Assembly (NCBI GenBank): GCA_014251975.1
Contig: CP059204.1
Location: 360,001 to 392,000 of the forward strand
Origin: Blattabacterium cuenoti
Lineage (GTDB): Bacteria > Bacteroidota > Bacteroidia > Flavobacteriales > Blattabacteriaceae
Direction of reading: 5' to 3'
DNA: 32,000 bases
Below the pieces are notes generated by a model that searched no databases, was not told where the DNA came from, and saw only the letters and a list, made by a program, of their open reading frames with translations. A program made the translations under genes and the position numbers. Below, piece after piece: positions 21,101 to 31,505 of the stretch. The stretch's first letter is position 1. Each line of letters opens with the position of its first letter.

Positions 21101-22405
21101 AACAGGATGACCTTTTAAAATATTTTCTAAAATATCCCATATAACAGGCTCTCTTTTATCTATAATTTTTTTAGCAGATTTTACTGTATTAACTATACCT
21201 CTTTCTATTAATTTTCTAATTATAAATGGTTTATATAGTTCTGCAACCATATTTTTAGGTAAACCACATTCATGTAATTTTAAATGTGGACCTACAACAA
21301 TAACGGATCTAGCTGAATAATCTACTCTTTTTCCAAGAAGATTTTGTCTAAATCTACCTTGTTTACCTTTTAATGCATCAGATAAAGATTTTAAAGGTCT
21401 ATTACCATCTGATTTAACAGCTGACATTTTTCTAGAATTATCAAAAAGTGAATCAACTGCTTCTTGTAGCATTCTTTTTTCATTTCTTAAAATTACTTCA
21501 GGAGCTTTAATTTCTATTAATCGCTTTAAACGATTATTTCTAATAAGTACACGACGATATAAATCTGTCATGTCAGATGCAGCATAACGACCACCATCTA
21601 ATGGGACTAAAGGTCTTAGTTCTGGTGGTATAACAGATAAAACATGTATAATCATCCAAAATGGTTCACCACCATTATTTTTACCTTCTTTAAATAATTC
21701 TACTATTTGTAATCTTTTTAATGATTCAGTTTTTCTTTGTTTAGATGTCTCATTTATAATTTTGTTTCTTAGGTTGTAAGATAAAGTATTTAAATTTATT
21801 TTTTTTAATAAATCTTCTATACATTCAGCACCCATTTTAGCAATAAATTTATTATTATCAGTATCTTCTAAAGATTGATTATCTTTGGGTATTTTATCTA
21901 AAATAGATAAATATTCTTCTTCAGTTAAAAATTCCCCTTCTTTATATAATGATCCATCTAATTTAGTAGCTATATTATTTTTTATAATAACATATCTCTC
22001 ATAATAAATTATCATTTCTATTTTTTTAGAAGATAGGCCTAATAATGCACCTATTTTATTAGGAGAAGATCTAAAACACCAAATATGAGCAACAGGTACT
22101 ACAAGATTTATGTGACCCATCCGCTCTCTTCTTACTTTTTTTTCAGTTACTTCTACACCACATCTATCACATACAATACCTCTGTAACGAATTCTTTTAT
22201 ATTTACCACATCCACATTCATAATCTTTTACTGGTCCAAAAATCCTTTCACAAAAAAGGCCATCTCTTTCTGGTTTATGGGTTCTATAATTTATTGTTTC
22301 TGGTTTTAAAACTTCACCATAAGATTCTTTTAATATAATTTCTGGAGAAGCTAGTCTTATAGTTATTTTACTAAATTTAGTACTATTATTTTTTTTATTA
22401 TTCAT
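18158..22405 (-). CDS. rpoC: DNA-directed RNA polymerase subunit beta'
   Basis: The 1415-aa ORF has the zinc-binding CxCGK..CxxCGVEV segment and the catalytic [12 protein letters not shown] motif, plus trigger-loop and bridge-helix blocks. Confidence 0.99.
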   Translation of the reverse strand: MNNKKNNSTKFSKITIRLASPEIILKESYGEVLKPETINYRTHKPERDGLFCERIFGPVKDYECGCGKYKRIRYRGIVCDRCGVEVTEKKVRRERMGHINLVVPVAHIWCFRSSPNKIGALLGLSSKKIEMIIYYERYVIIKNNIATKLDGSLYKEGEFLTEEEYLSILDKIPKDNQSLEDTDNNKFIAKMGAECIEDLLKKINLNTLSYNLRNKIINETSKQRKTESLKRLQIVELFKEGKNNGGEPFWMIIHVLSVIPPELRPLVPLDGGRYAASDMTDLYRRVLIRNNRLKRLIEIKAPEVILRNEKRMLQEAVDSLFDNSRKMSAVKSDGNRPLKSLSDALKGKQGRFRQNLLGKRVDYSARSVIVVGPHLKLHECGLPKNMVAELYKPFIIRKLIERGIVNTVKSAKKIIDKREPVIWDILENILKGHPVLLNRAPTLHRLGIQSFQPKLIDGKAIQLHPLVCAAFNADFDGDQMAVHLPLSNAAILESKLLMLSSQNILNPANGTPITVPSQDMVLGLYYMTKPLLSDNNKKIRGEGYKFYSPEEVEIAYNQNVVDLHAIIKVKVYVRNNDNTLTNKLIETTVGRVIFNQVVPKKVGYINKSLTKKSLRYIIGKILNITNVPTTAKFLDDIKKLGFYNAFKGGLSFGLKDIIIPNSKMNMVHEAIKKVDNIKNNYNMGLITNNERYNQIIDIWTKSNSILTEKVMRYMHEDKKGFNSVYMMLDSGARGSKEQIRQLSGMRGLMAKPQKAGTIGGEIIENPILSNFREGLSILEYFISTHGARKGLADTALKTADAGYLTRRLVDASQDVIIKIEDCNTLRGLEVTSLKKNEEVIETLFDRILGRISLNKIVYPDQKNKVIVDSGDMIDEKIAQLIEDCKIELVVVRSPLTCEAQLGVCAKCYGRNLSTGKIVTKGEAVGVIAAQSIGEPGTQLTLRTFHVGGTAGNVAESSKIKAKNDGIIEFEDLRLLKTEKKYRRLGIVVSRTTEMKLLDKERSSTLMLNNIPYGSSLYVNNGDKLKKGDLICEWDLYNAVIISEFSGKICYKHLEEGSTFYIKIDDQTGFQEKVITEVRNKNLIPTLKILNKEDKEIKNYNLPIGSHLMVKNGEKIKKGKILVKIPRNYAKSGDITGGLPRLSELFEARNPSNPAVVSEIDGIVSHGNIKRGSREIIVESKYGEVRTYLIKLSNQILVQENDYVKAGMPLSDGAVTPTDILNIKGPKAVQEYLINEIQEVYRLQGVKINNKHFEVIIMQMMRKVEVIEAGDTKFLEGSIEYKYDFINENDKISKMKYVEDPGGSTIFRKGTIISYKNFRNENSILKYNNKKTMKIRQAIPATAKPILQGITRAALQTKSFISAASFQETTKVLGEAAINSKIDYLNGLKENVIVGHKIPAGTGIKEYDKFNPEIIR

Positions 22406-22423
22406 TTTCCTAAAAAGAAAAGT

Positions 22424-25400
22424 TTATTCTTCTAAACTAATATCTAGTCCTAATCCTTTTAATTCATAACATAAAACATTAAAAGATTCAGGACTATTTG
22501 GTTCAGGTATTTCTGTCCCTTTTACAATAGATTCATAAGTTTTTGCTCTTCCTAATACATCATCTGATTTAACAGTTAAAATTTCACGTAAAATATTTGA
22601 TGCTCCAAATGCTTCTAGTGCCCATACCTCCATTTCTCCAAATCTTTGTCCTCCAAACTGAGACTTACCACCTAAAGGTTGTTGAGTTATTAATGAATAT
22701 GGACCAATAGAACGAGAATGCATTTTGTCATCTACCATATGTCCTAATTTTAACATATATATAATCCCAACAGTAGCTGGTTGATCAAACATTTCTCCTG
22801 TTCCTCCATCAAATAAATAAGTAGATCCAAACTTAGGGATATTTGATATATTTGTATAATCAGATATTTGATTTATAGAAGCACCATCAAATATAGGTGT
22901 AGAAAATTTAACATTTAATTGATAGCCAGCCCATCCTAATACTGTTTCATATATTTGTCCTATATTCATTCTTGATGGTACGCCTAATGGATTTAAAACA
23001 ATATCAACAGGAGTCCCATCATCTAAAAATGGCATATCTTCTACACGAAGTATTCTAGCTACTACTCCTTTATTACCATGTCTACCAGCCATTTTATCTC
23101 CTACTTTTAATTTTCTTTTTTTAGCTATATAAACTTTTGCCATTTTAACTATTCCAGAAGGTAATTCATCACCAATTGTAATAGAAATTTTTTTATGTTT
23201 AAAATTGCTTTTTAAATTATTATTATATATTTTATAGTTGTGTAATATTTCAGAAATTATTTTATTAACTTCTTTATCTTTTGTCCAATTTTCAGAATTT
23301 AATATATCATAATTTGATTTATTTTGTAGTAATTCTCTTGTAAATTTATCTCCCTTAGTAAAAATTAAATCTTCTTTTTCATTATAAACATTAATATTAC
23401 ATTCTTTATCATGTAAAACAAAAGTTAATTTATCTAATAATTTATTTTTACAATATAAAATTTTTTGTTTATATTTTTTATCCAAATTATCTATTAAAAT
23501 TTTATCTTGGTTTCTAGATAATTTATTTTTTATACTTCTAGTAAATAGTTTAGTATCTATAACTACCCCAAATAAAGAAGGCTCAGCTTTTAATGAAGCA
23601 TCTTTAACATTACCTGCTTTATCACCAAAAATTGCTCTCAATAGTTTTTCTTCTGGAGTTGGATCTGATTCTCCTTTTGGCGTTATTTTACCAATTAATA
23701 TATCTCCAGGTTTAACTTCTGCGCCTATTCTTATTATTCCATTTTCATCTAAATTTTTAGTAGCATCTTCACTTACATTTGGGATATCACTAGTTAATTC
23801 TTCCATACCTAATTTAGTATCTCTAACTTCTAGAGAATATTCGTCAATATGAATTGATGTAAACATATCTTCACTAACAACTTTTTCTGATATTAGTACA
23901 GCATCTTCAAAATTATACCCATTACAAGGTATAAAAGCTGCTTTTAAATTACGTCCTAAAGCTAATTCTCCATTTTCTGTAGCGTATCCTTCACATAATA
24001 TTTGACCCTTTTTTACTTTCATACCTTTTTTTACTATGGGTTTTAAATTAATACATGTATTTTGATTAGTTTTTCTAAATTTGATTAATTCATATACTTT
24101 AATATTAGAATAAAAATTAACTAAATTTTCTCTATCTGATCTGTTATATTTAACAATAATTTTTTGAGAATCAACATATTCTATAACCCCATCATTTTCA
24201 GAGTTTATTAAAATTCTGGAATCTATAGCTACTTGTTTTTCTAATCCAGTCCCTACTATAGGAGACTCAGGATTAATCAAAGGGACAGCTTGTCTCATCA
24301 TATTAGACCCCATTAATGCTCTATTAGCATCATCGTGCTCTAAAAAAGGTATTAAAGATGCAGATATAGATGCTATTTGGTTTGGAGCTACATCAATATA
24401 ATCTATTTGTTCTGGTGATACAATAGGAAAATCACCATCTTTTCTAGATATAATTTTATTAGAAATAAAATTACCTTTATAACTAATAGAATTTGATTGA
24501 GCTATTACTTTGCCTTCTTCTTCTTCTGCACTTAAATATTTTTCTTTTATTTTTATATTTATTTTCCCATTTTTTATTGTTCTATATGGGGTTTCTACAA
24601 AACCCATTTTATTTATTTTTGCGAATACAGCAAGAGAAGAAATTAACCCTATATTAGGACCTTCTGGTGTTTCTATTGGACATAATCTACCATAATGAGA
24701 ATAATTTACATCTCTTACTTCAAATCCTGCTCTTTCTCTTGATAATCCACCTGGACCTAAAGCTGATAATCTTCTTTTATGTGTCATTTCTGATAAAGGA
24801 TTAGTTTGATCCATAAATTGAGATAGTTGATTAGTACCAAAAAAAGTATTTATTACAGAAGATAAAGTTTTTGCATTTATAAGATCTATAGGCATAAACA
24901 CCTCGTTATCACGGACATTCATTCTTTCCCTAATAGTTCTTGCCATTCTAGATAAACCTATACTAAATTGTGTATATAATTGTTCTCCTACTGTTCTAAC
25001 ACGTCTATTAGATAAATGATCAATATCATCTACTTCTCTTTTAGAATTAAATAATGCATTTAAATGTTCTATAATAGCAATTAAATCTTTTTTTGTTAAA
25101 ACTAAATGATTTGAATCAATATTTAATCCTAAACGTTTATTAATTCTATATCTACCTACAGGGCCTAAACTGTATCGTGTATCAGAAAAAAAGAGTTTGT
25201 CTATTACCCCTCTAGCAGTTTCATCATCTGGAGGTTCTGTATTTCTTAATTGTTTATAAATATATTCTACTGCTTCTTTTTCAGAATTCGTAGTATCTTT
25301 ATGTAAAGTATTATAAATAATAGAATAATCTTTTTTTTTACTTCCTTCTTTGTGTAATAAAACTGTTTTTATACTATTATTTTTTATTATTTCTATATGT

Positions 25401-26272
25401 TCTTCTTGCAATAAAATGTCTCTATCTATAAGAATTTTATTTTTTTCTATTGATACCACCTCTCCAGTATCTTCATCTACAAAATCTTCGTGCCATATTT
25501 TTAAAATTCTTTCAGCTAATGTTCTATTTAAAATATTTTTTTCATTATTGTCATAAATTTTAACTTCTTCTGCTAAATCAAATATTTTTAATATATCTTT
25601 ATCTCTTTCATAACCTATTGCACGCAATAAAGTTGTCATTGGTAACTTTTTTTTTCTATCTATATAAGCATACATAATATTATTAATATCTGTAGCAAAT
25701 TCTATCCAAGATCCTTTAAATGGTATAATTCTAGCAGAATATAATTTAGTACCATTAGCATGATGTGTTTGACCAAAAAAAACACCTGGGGACCTATGTA
25801 ATTGAGAAACAATAACTCTTTCTGATCCATTAAAAATAAAAGTACCAGAAGATGTCATATATGGATATGTTCCTAAATATACATCTTGGTATACTGTTTC
25901 AAATTCTTCATGTTCAGGATCTGTACAATATAATTTCAACTTAGCTTTTAAAGGAATACTATATGTTAATCCTCTTTCAAGACACTCTTTTGTAGAATAT
26001 CTTGGAGAATCTATTGAATAACCTTTAAATTCTAAAACAAATGAATTTCTAGAATCGGAAATTGGAAAATTTTCTTTAAAAGCTTTAAATAATCCTTCAT
26101 TTTTTCTATTTTCAGGTTTTGTATGTAATTGAAAAAACTCTTTAAATGACTTTATTTGAATATCTAAAAAATCAGGATATTGTGCATGTTTTATTACAGA
26201 TGCAAAAGAAATTCTTAATATTTTTTTTTTATCTTTATCTTTTTTATTCAATTCATGTAATTTTATTTGCAA
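22424..26272 (-). CDS. rpoB: DNA-directed RNA polymerase subunit beta
   Basis: The 1282-aa ORF contains [29 protein letters not shown] (the rifampicin region), NMQRQAVP-like NMMRQAVP, and [13 protein letters not shown]. It starts at TTG (26272). A second in-frame TTG lies at 26251, and there is no ATG before the conserved N-terminal block. Confidence 0.99.
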   Translation of the reverse strand: MQIKLHELNKKDKDKKKILRISFASVIKHAQYPDFLDIQIKSFKEFFQLHTKPENRKNEGLFKAFKENFPISDSRNSFVLEFKGYSIDSPRYSTKECLERGLTYSIPLKAKLKLYCTDPEHEEFETVYQDVYLGTYPYMTSSGTFIFNGSERVIVSQLHRSPGVFFGQTHHANGTKLYSARIIPFKGSWIEFATDINNIMYAYIDRKKKLPMTTLLRAIGYERDKDILKIFDLAEEVKIYDNNEKNILNRTLAERILKIWHEDFVDEDTGEVVSIEKNKILIDRDILLQEEHIEIIKNNSIKTVLLHKEGSKKKDYSIIYNTLHKDTTNSEKEAVEYIYKQLRNTEPPDDETARGVIDKLFFSDTRYSLGPVGRYRINKRLGLNIDSNHLVLTKKDLIAIIEHLNALFNSKREVDDIDHLSNRRVRTVGEQLYTQFSIGLSRMARTIRERMNVRDNEVFMPIDLINAKTLSSVINTFFGTNQLSQFMDQTNPLSEMTHKRRLSALGPGGLSRERAGFEVRDVNYSHYGRLCPIETPEGPNIGLISSLAVFAKINKMGFVETPYRTIKNGKINIKIKEKYLSAEEEEGKVIAQSNSISYKGNFISNKIISRKDGDFPIVSPEQIDYIDVAPNQIASISASLIPFLEHDDANRALMGSNMMRQAVPLINPESPIVGTGLEKQVAIDSRILINSENDGVIEYVDSQKIIVKYNRSDRENLVNFYSNIKVYELIKFRKTNQNTCINLKPIVKKGMKVKKGQILCEGYATENGELALGRNLKAAFIPCNGYNFEDAVLISEKVVSEDMFTSIHIDEYSLEVRDTKLGMEELTSDIPNVSEDATKNLDENGIIRIGAEVKPGDILIGKITPKGESDPTPEEKLLRAIFGDKAGNVKDASLKAEPSLFGVVIDTKLFTRSIKNKLSRNQDKILIDNLDKKYKQKILYCKNKLLDKLTFVLHDKECNINVYNEKEDLIFTKGDKFTRELLQNKSNYDILNSENWTKDKEVNKIISEILHNYKIYNNNLKSNFKHKKISITIGDELPSGIVKMAKVYIAKKRKLKVGDKMAGRHGNKGVVARILRVEDMPFLDDGTPVDIVLNPLGVPSRMNIGQIYETVLGWAGYQLNVKFSTPIFDGASINQISDYTNISNIPKFGSTYLFDGGTGEMFDQPATVGIIYMLKLGHMVDDKMHSRSIGPYSLITQQPLGGKSQFGGQRFGEMEVWALEAFGASNILREILTVKSDDVLGRAKTYESIVKGTEIPEPNSPESFNVLCYELKGLGLDISLEE

Positions 26273-26281
26273 TAAATAACA

Positions 26282-26653
26282 TTATTTTAATTCTATTTCA
26301 GCACCTACTCTTTCAAACTTATCTTTTAAATCTTCTGCTTCTTTTTTATTCAATGATTCTTTTATAGTACTAGGTAAAGTATCTACCAAATCTTTTGATT
26401 CTTTCAATCCCTTCCCAGTAATTTCTTTAACCAATTTTACTACAGATAGTTTTGAATTTCCAGAAGATTTTAAAATTATATTAAATACACTTTTTTCATT
26501 AGCATCATCTACTTTATTTTCATTATTAGAATTTACTACATTGCTAATTAAATTATCAGGATAAATACCATATTCATTTTTTAGAATATTAGTCAATTCA
26601 TTTACTTGTTTTATAGTTAAATTAACTAATTGTTCTGCTAATTTTTTTATCAT
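26282..26653 (-). CDS. rplL: 50S ribosomal protein L7/L12
   Basis: The 123-aa ORF has a C-terminal domain (KLSVVKLVKEITGKGLKESKDLVD...EAEDLKDKFERVGAEIELK). It occupies the canonical position between rplJ and rpoB. Confidence 0.97.
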   Translation of the reverse strand: MIKKLAEQLVNLTIKQVNELTNILKNEYGIYPDNLISNVVNSNNENKVDDANEKSVFNIILKSSGNSKLSVVKLVKEITGKGLKESKDLVDTLPSTIKESLNKKEAEDLKDKFERVGAEIELK

Positions 26654-26671
26654 TTGTGTTTTTTATTAAAA

Positions 26672-27202
26672 TTATTTTTTTATTGCAAGTGATTTTAAAA
26701 TTTCATATATTTTATTTTTTGAAATAGACAGTAAAATTTTATTTACTGGAGTTTTAATTGTTTTTAACAGTTCATATATTAATTCTTCTTTTGATTTTAT
26801 ATTTAAAAGTATATCTAAATTTATATCATCAAAATACAAAGAATCTTGAACATAAGCTACTTTTAAAATAGGATTTTTAATATTTTCTTCAACACGAAAT
26901 TTTTTTATTATTTTTGGTATAATATTTTCTACACTTTTATTAGAAAAAATAATACTAGTATTTCCTTTTAAAACATTAGAAAATAATTTAATATTTTTAT
27001 TTTTTATATTTTTTATAGATTTTTCCAATAAAGTATTTTTAATCATTTTCATATTTATATTATATTTATATAATCTTTTTTTTATAATTGAAATATGATT
27101 ACAAGTTAATTTGGACATATCAAACAAATATATTACCTTATTATTTGATAATATTTTAATTAAATTTAATAAATCTTTTTTTTTCCTATGTATATTAATC
27201 AT
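26672..27202 (-). CDS. rplJ: 50S ribosomal protein L10
   Basis: The 176-aa ORF sits between rplA and rplL. The sequence is divergent but L10-like in length and pattern (KMIKNTLLEKS). The call rests mainly on conserved operon position. Confidence 0.85.
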   Translation of the reverse strand: MINIHRKKKDLLNLIKILSNNKVIYLFDMSKLTCNHISIIKKRLYKYNINMKMIKNTLLEKSIKNIKNKNIKLFSNVLKGNTSIIFSNKSVENIIPKIIKKFRVEENIKNPILKVAYVQDSLYFDDINLDILLNIKSKEELIYELLKTIKTPVNKILLSISKNKIYEILKSLAIKK

Positions 27203-27214
27203 AAGGTATATAAA

Positions 27215-27916
27215 TTAAGTATCAAAACTTTTAATGTCTAATAATAATCCAATACTCATAGTTGTTGATATATATATATTATGAATATAATTACCTTTAG
27301 ATGAAGAAGATATATTTTTTGTAATATTTTTTATCAATTCATTAAAATTTTCTAATAAATATTTATGTAAAAAAGATACCTTACCAATAGATAAATGTAT
27401 AATTCCATAACGATCTGATTTAAATGATACACTACCTAACATAATTTCTTTTATTGTTTTTTCTGGATTTATAGATACAGTATTAATACTAGGATTAGGC
27501 ATAAGCCCTTTAGGACCCAAAATTTTACCAACTAATGATAGTTTACTCATTAATTTAGGCATAGAAATAACAATATTTATATTTTTATCCCACCATCCAG
27601 ATTTAATTTTTTCTATATAATGTAATCCTGAATAATTAGCACCTGCTAGTTTAGAACTTTGTTCATTTTCTTTATCAACTATAGCTAAAATGCAATTTTT
27701 TTTCCCTGTACCATTAGGTAAATTAACTACACCTTTAATTACATTATAATCTTTTACTTTTCCTAAACGTATTGCTACATCTATTGATTCATCGAATTTA
27801 ACAAAACTTATTTTTTTTAAAGTATATAAAGCTTCTTTTATAGAATATTGTTGTTTATTTATATACTTTATAACTTTTTTTTTATTTTTAGTTAATTTTA
27901 TTTTATTTTTTTTCAT
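27215..27916 (-). CDS. rplA: 50S ribosomal protein L1
   Basis: The 233-aa ORF has L1 blocks FDESIDVAIRLG, G.V.LPNGTGK, LGPKGLMPNP and the D..G.IH..IGK.SF region. Confidence 0.95.
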   Translation of the reverse strand: MKKNKIKLTKNKKKVIKYINKQQYSIKEALYTLKKISFVKFDESIDVAIRLGKVKDYNVIKGVVNLPNGTGKKNCILAIVDKENEQSSKLAGANYSGLHYIEKIKSGWWDKNINIVISMPKLMSKLSLVGKILGPKGLMPNPSINTVSINPEKTIKEIMLGSVSFKSDRYGIIHLSIGKVSFLHKYLLENFNELIKNITKNISSSSKGNYIHNIYISTTMSIGLLLDIKSFDT

Positions 27917-27925
27917 AAAAAAAAT

Positions 27926-28354
27926 TTACTCTTTTATTATTTCTATACCCATAGATTTTGCTGTACCAGAGATCATAGAAATCGCTGAATTAACTGAAAA
28001 ACAATTTAAATCTTCTATTTTATTTTTTGCAATATTTTTAATATCATTTAATCCAATTTTTCCTATTTTAGATCGATTTGGTTCATTTGACCCTTTCTTT
28101 TTTTTAATTAAATCTAATAATAAAAAAGATATAGGTGGTTTTTTTATTACCAAAGAAAAAGTTTTATCCTCATATATTGTTATAAATACTGGACATAATT
28201 CACCTAATTTATTTTTAGTTTTAAAATTGTATTTTTTGCAAAACTCCATAATGTTAACACCAGAACTACCTAATATTGGGCCAATAGGTGGTGCTGGTGT
28301 AGCTTTACCCCCAAAAATTTTTTGAATTTTAATTTTTTTTATAATTTTTTTCAT
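27926..28354 (-). CDS. rplK: 50S ribosomal protein L11
   Basis: The 142-aa ORF has KATPAPPIGPILGSSGVNIMEFCKKYN and the SGTAKSMGIEI C-terminus. Confidence 0.97.
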   Translation of the reverse strand: MKKIIKKIKIQKIFGGKATPAPPIGPILGSSGVNIMEFCKKYNFKTKNKLGELCPVFITIYEDKTFSLVIKKPPISFLLLDLIKKKKGSNEPNRSKIGKIGLNDIKNIAKNKIEDLNCFSVNSAISMISGTAKSMGIEIIKE

Positions 28355-28361
28355 TTTTAAA

Positions 28362-28949
28362 TCAAATTTTTTCTACTTGTGTAAAATTTAATTCTAATGG
28401 TGTTTTCCTACCGAAAATCAAGACAGATAATTCTAATTTTTTTTTATCTTTATTTATTTTCTCAATTGTACCATTAAATCCACTAAAAGGTCCATATATT
28501 ACCTTAATTGTTTCACCTACTATAAAAGGAATTTTAATATTATGATAATTAGATAATTTATCAATATTACCTAAAATTCTATCTACTTCTTCTTTTCTTA
28601 TAGGTACAGGATTGTACATATCACCTTTACCTTCACCTAAAAATGTAATTACTCCAGGAATATTTTTTATTTCATGAAACACTTCATTATCTAAAACTGC
28701 TTCTATAATTACATATCCTGGAAAATATACTTTTTCTCTATGAATTTTTTTACCTTTTCTAATTTGTATTATTTTTTCAATTGGTACTAATACTTTTCCT
28801 ATATATTCTTTATATTTATTATTCATTATTTCATTTTCAATATATGATTTTATTTTGTTTTCTTTTCCACTTATAGTTTTCATAACATACCATTTTTTTT
28901 CAAATACTTTATTTTTTTTAAAATTTTCTATTTTATCTAAATCATTCAT
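28362..28949 (-). CDS. nusG: transcription termination/antitermination factor NusG
   Basis: It has the NGN domain (KWYVMKTISGKENKI ... FPGYVIIEA) and a KOW motif (GETIKVIYGPFSGFNGTIEKI). It occupies the canonical secE-nusG-rplK position. Confidence 0.95.
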   Translation of the reverse strand: MNDLDKIENFKKNKVFEKKWYVMKTISGKENKIKSYIENEIMNNKYKEYIGKVLVPIEKIIQIRKGKKIHREKVYFPGYVIIEAVLDNEVFHEIKNIPGVITFLGEGKGDMYNPVPIRKEEVDRILGNIDKLSNYHNIKIPFIVGETIKVIYGPFSGFNGTIEKINKDKKKLELSVLIFGRKTPLELNFTQVEKI

Positions 28950-28961
28950 AAAAAATAAATT

Positions 28962-29147
28962 TTATAAAGAAAAAAAATGTTTAACCAAATAAATAAGTAT
29001 AACATCTATACAATATAAAAATATTGATAATAATATTGAGAAAAAAAAAATTAAAATAGTTGATTTTTTCAAACTTTTCCATTGTGGCCAAGTAATCCGA
29101 TAGAAAAATTCATTATAAATTTCTATAAAAAAATTACTTATTTTCAT
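28962..29147 (-). CDS. secE: preprotein translocase subunit SecE
   Basis: The 61-aa ORF has a single TM segment and the motif RITWPQWKSL (compare KV.WP), immediately upstream of nusG. Confidence 0.85.
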   Translation of the reverse strand: MKISNFFIEIYNEFFYRITWPQWKSLKKSTILIFFFSILLSIFLYCIDVILIYLVKHFFSL

Positions 29148-29164
29148 ACCATATATTGTTTTTG

Positions 29165-29238
29165 CACGGATGGTAAGATTCGAACTTACGCCCTTCGGTT
29201 TTGGAGACCGATACTCTACCTAACTAAGCTACATCCGT
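29165..29238 (-). tRNA. tRNA-Trp (anticodon CCA)
   Basis: Minus-strand fold: ACGGATG TA GCTT AGTTAGGTA GAGT A TCGGT CTCCAAA ACCGA AGGGC GTAAG TTCGAAT CTTAC CATCCGT G. It lies at the classical position between tuf and secE. Confidence 0.9.
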
Positions 29239-29248
29239 TTTAAAAATT

Positions 29249-30433
29249 TTATATTATATCAATAACTTGACCTGCTCCAACTGTCTTACCACCTTCTCTA
29301 ATTGCAAATCTAAGATTTTTACTCATTGCTATAGGTTGATGTAATTTTACTTCCATAGATACGTTATCTCCTGGCATTACCATTTCTACACCTTTTGGTA
29401 AATATATTTCTCCTGTAACATCAGTAGTCCTCAAATAAAATTGAGGTCTATATTTATTATGAAATGGAGTATGTCTTCCACCTTCTTCTTTTGTTAAAAC
29501 ATAAACTTCTGCTTTAAATTTATTATAAGCTTTTATAGTATTTGGTGTACCAATTACCATACCTCTTCTTATATCTTTTTTTTCAATACCACGCAACAAT
29601 AAACCTACGTTATCTCCTGCCTGCCCTCTATCTAATATTTTTCTGAACATCTCAACACCAGTAATTGTAGAGGATAATTTTTTATCCCCCATACCTATAA
29701 TATCTACTAAATCACCAGTATTAATTATTCCACTTTCTATTCTACCTGTTGCTACTGTACCTCTACCGGTTATAGTAAATACATCTTCAACTGGCATTAA
29801 AAATGGCTTATCTATTTCTCTTATAGGATCAGGTATATAATTATCTAATACGTTCATTAATTCTTTAATAGAATCAATACCTTTTTTTTCTCCATTTATA
29901 GCAGATAACGCAGATCCTTGTACTATAGGGATTTTATCACCATCATATTCATATTTAGTCAGTAATTCTCGTATTTCCATTTCAACTAATTCTAGTAGTT
30001 CAGGATCATCTACTTGATCAACTTTATTTATAAATACAACTATTTTAGGTACGCCTACCTGACGTGCTAATAAAATATGCTCTCTTGTTTGTGGCATAGG
30101 TCCATCTGTAGCTGCTACTACTAAAATAGCACCATCCATTTGAGCAGCACCTGTAATCATATTTTTAACATAATCTGCATGTCCAGGACAATCAACATGA
30201 GCATAATGTCTTTTTTTTGTCTCATATTCTACATGAGAAGTATTAATAGTAATTCCTCTAGCTTTTTCTTCTGGTGCGTTATCTATAGATTCAAAACTTT
30301 TTTCTTCTGCTAATCCATCTTTTGATAATACTTTTGTAATAGCAGAAGTTAGAGTGGTTTTACCATGATCAACATGCCCAGTTGTACCTATATTTAAATG
30401 TGGTTTATTTCGTTTGAATTTTTCTTTTGCCAT
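29249..30433 (-). CDS. tuf: translation elongation factor Tu
   Basis: The 394-aa ORF has [18 protein letters not shown] and NKVD with near-universal EF-Tu sequence throughout. Confidence 0.99.
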   Translation of the reverse strand: MAKEKFKRNKPHLNIGTTGHVDHGKTTLTSAITKVLSKDGLAEEKSFESIDNAPEEKARGITINTSHVEYETKKRHYAHVDCPGHADYVKNMITGAAQMDGAILVVAATDGPMPQTREHILLARQVGVPKIVVFINKVDQVDDPELLELVEMEIRELLTKYEYDGDKIPIVQGSALSAINGEKKGIDSIKELMNVLDNYIPDPIREIDKPFLMPVEDVFTITGRGTVATGRIESGIINTGDLVDIIGMGDKKLSSTITGVEMFRKILDRGQAGDNVGLLLRGIEKKDIRRGMVIGTPNTIKAYNKFKAEVYVLTKEEGGRHTPFHNKYRPQFYLRTTDVTGEIYLPKGVEMVMPGDNVSMEVKLHQPIAMSKNLRFAIREGGKTVGAGQVIDII

Positions 30434-30457
30434 GATAAAATTATTAGTTCAAAAATA

Positions 30458-30530
30458 AGCCAACGGCGGGATTTGAACCCGTGACCTCTTTCTTACCAAG
30501 AAAGTGCTCTACCAACTGAGCTACATTGGC
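30458..30530 (-). tRNA. tRNA-Thr (anticodon GGU)
   Basis: Minus-strand fold: GCCAATG TA GCTC AGTTGGTA GAGC A CTTTC TTGGTAA GAAAG AGGTC ACGGG TTCAAAT CCCGC CGTTGGC T. There is one A/C mismatch at the outer T-stem pair. Confidence 0.85.
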
Positions 30531-30541
30531 CAATATAATTG

Positions 30542-30614
30542 AGCGGAAGACGGGATTCGAACCCGCGACATCCAGCTTGGAAGGCTGATACTCTACCAAC
30601 TGAGTTACTTCCGC
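30542..30614 (-). tRNA. tRNA-Gly (anticodon UCC)
   Basis: Minus-strand fold: GCGGAAG TA ACTC AGTTGGTA GAGT A TCAGC CTTCCAA GCTGG ATGTC GCGGG TTCGAAT CCCGT CTTCCGC T. Confidence 0.9.
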
Positions 30615-30623
30615 TAAATATAA

Positions 30624-30707
30624 TGGGGAGAGCAGGATTCGAACCTGCGTAAGCAAAGCTAACAGATTTACAGTCTGTCCTCGTTAACCGGACTTGAGTA
30701 TCTCCCC
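30624..30707 (-). tRNA. tRNA-Tyr (anticodon GUA), long variable arm
   Basis: Minus strand: GGGGAGA TA CTCAAGTCCGGTTAACGAGG ACAGA CTGTAAA TCTGT TAGCTTTGCTTAC GCAGG TTCGAAT CCTGC TCTCCCC A. The class-II variable arm fits bacterial tRNA-Tyr. Confidence 0.9.
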
Positions 30708-30723
30708 TAATGTAGTAAATAAA

Positions 30724-30797
30724 AGCCGGTGGAGGGATTCGAACCCACGACTTCGAGATTACAAATCACGTGCTCTGACCAACTGAGCTACACCGGC
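30724..30797 (-). tRNA. tRNA-Thr (anticodon UGU)
   Basis: Minus-strand fold: GCCGGTG TA GCTC AGTTGGTCA GAGC A CGTGA TTTGTAA TCTCG AAGTC GTGGG TTCGAAT CCCTC CACCGGC T. It has U/U mismatches in both the anticodon stem and the T stem. It is the first gene of the conserved Thr-Tyr-Gly-Thr-tuf array. Confidence 0.8.
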
Positions 30798-30830
30798 ATA
30801 ATAGTTTTTAATAATTATAATCAAATTGAA

Positions 30831-30838
30831 CAAATCTA
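30831..30838 (-). promoter_or_regulatory. candidate -7 promoter box (TAGATTTG = TAnnTTTG) for the tRNA-tuf-ribosomal protein-rpoBC array
   Basis: The plus strand reads caaatcta, 33 nt upstream of the tRNA-Thr(UGU) 5' end, in the only sizeable spacer (58 nt) ahead of the 12.6-kb co-directional block. It is the same 8-mer as at 2969-2976. I saw no -33 TTTG. Confidence 0.3.
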
Positions 30839-30855
30839 TAAAAAATAAATAAATA

Positions 30856-31482
30856 TTAAAAAAAAATTGTATTTATAATTTTTCTTTTAAATAAAAATAT
30901 AAAAACAATTCCAATAAATATAGATACGTCAGATATATTAAAAATTGGATTAAAAAATTTAAATTTAAATTCTCCAAAAAAAGGTGTATTAAAAGAACTA
31001 TTAATTATAGGGAAATACAACATATCTACTCCACATCCTTCTAACAAAGATGAATATCCATTAAAATTAATTCTAGAAATGCCAGGATATGATATCCATT
31101 TTTTTTTATACTCATTATAAGTTAACCCCTTATTAAACAAAATACCGTATAATATATTATCTAATAAATTACCTAAAGATCCAGATAAAATTAAAATAAT
31201 AGGGATAATAATATACTTTTTATTGCAATTTTTTTTTTTGTTTAAAATATAAAAAATAAATAAAACGAAAATTATACGAGTAATACTCAATATTTTTTTC
31301 TCAATTTTTCCATATCCTAAATTAATCCCATAAGCCATTCCAGGATTTTCTATAAAATAAATTCTAAAAAATGAAAATATATAAAAACTACTATTTAATT
31401 CAAAATGAGTTTTAACATAAATTTTAAAAATTTGATCAATTAATACTATTGAAAATATAATAATCCAATAATAATTTTTCAT
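30856..31482 (-). CDS. lspA: lipoprotein signal peptidase (signal peptidase II)
   Basis: The 208-aa polytopic membrane protein has LspA blocks ENPGMAYGI, GSLGNLLDNILYG and VDMLYFP. It lies immediately downstream of ileS, the classical ileS-lspA linkage. Confidence 0.88.
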   Translation of the reverse strand: MKNYYWIIIFSIVLIDQIFKIYVKTHFELNSSFYIFSFFRIYFIENPGMAYGINLGYGKIEKKILSITRIIFVLFIFYILNKKKNCNKKYIIIPIILILSGSLGNLLDNILYGILFNKGLTYNEYKKKWISYPGISRINFNGYSSLLEGCGVDMLYFPIINSSFNTPFFGEFKFKFFNPIFNISDVSIFIGIVFIFLFKRKIINTIFF

Positions 31483-31505
31483 TGTAAAGTTACAAATATT
31501 TAATT

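Noticed and set aside
24510-26367. Plus-strand ORFs 24510..24695, 25350..25556 and 26146..26367, antisense to rpoB and rplL.
   Set aside because: They are shadow ORFs inside or across confidently called essential genes. Their sequences are low-complexity and rich in F, I and L.
30444-30656. 70-aa minus-strand ORF upstream of tuf.
   Set aside because: It is the translation of tRNA-Thr(GGU), tRNA-Gly and part of tRNA-Tyr. The repeated AGSNP/TGSNP peptide motifs are translated T-arms.
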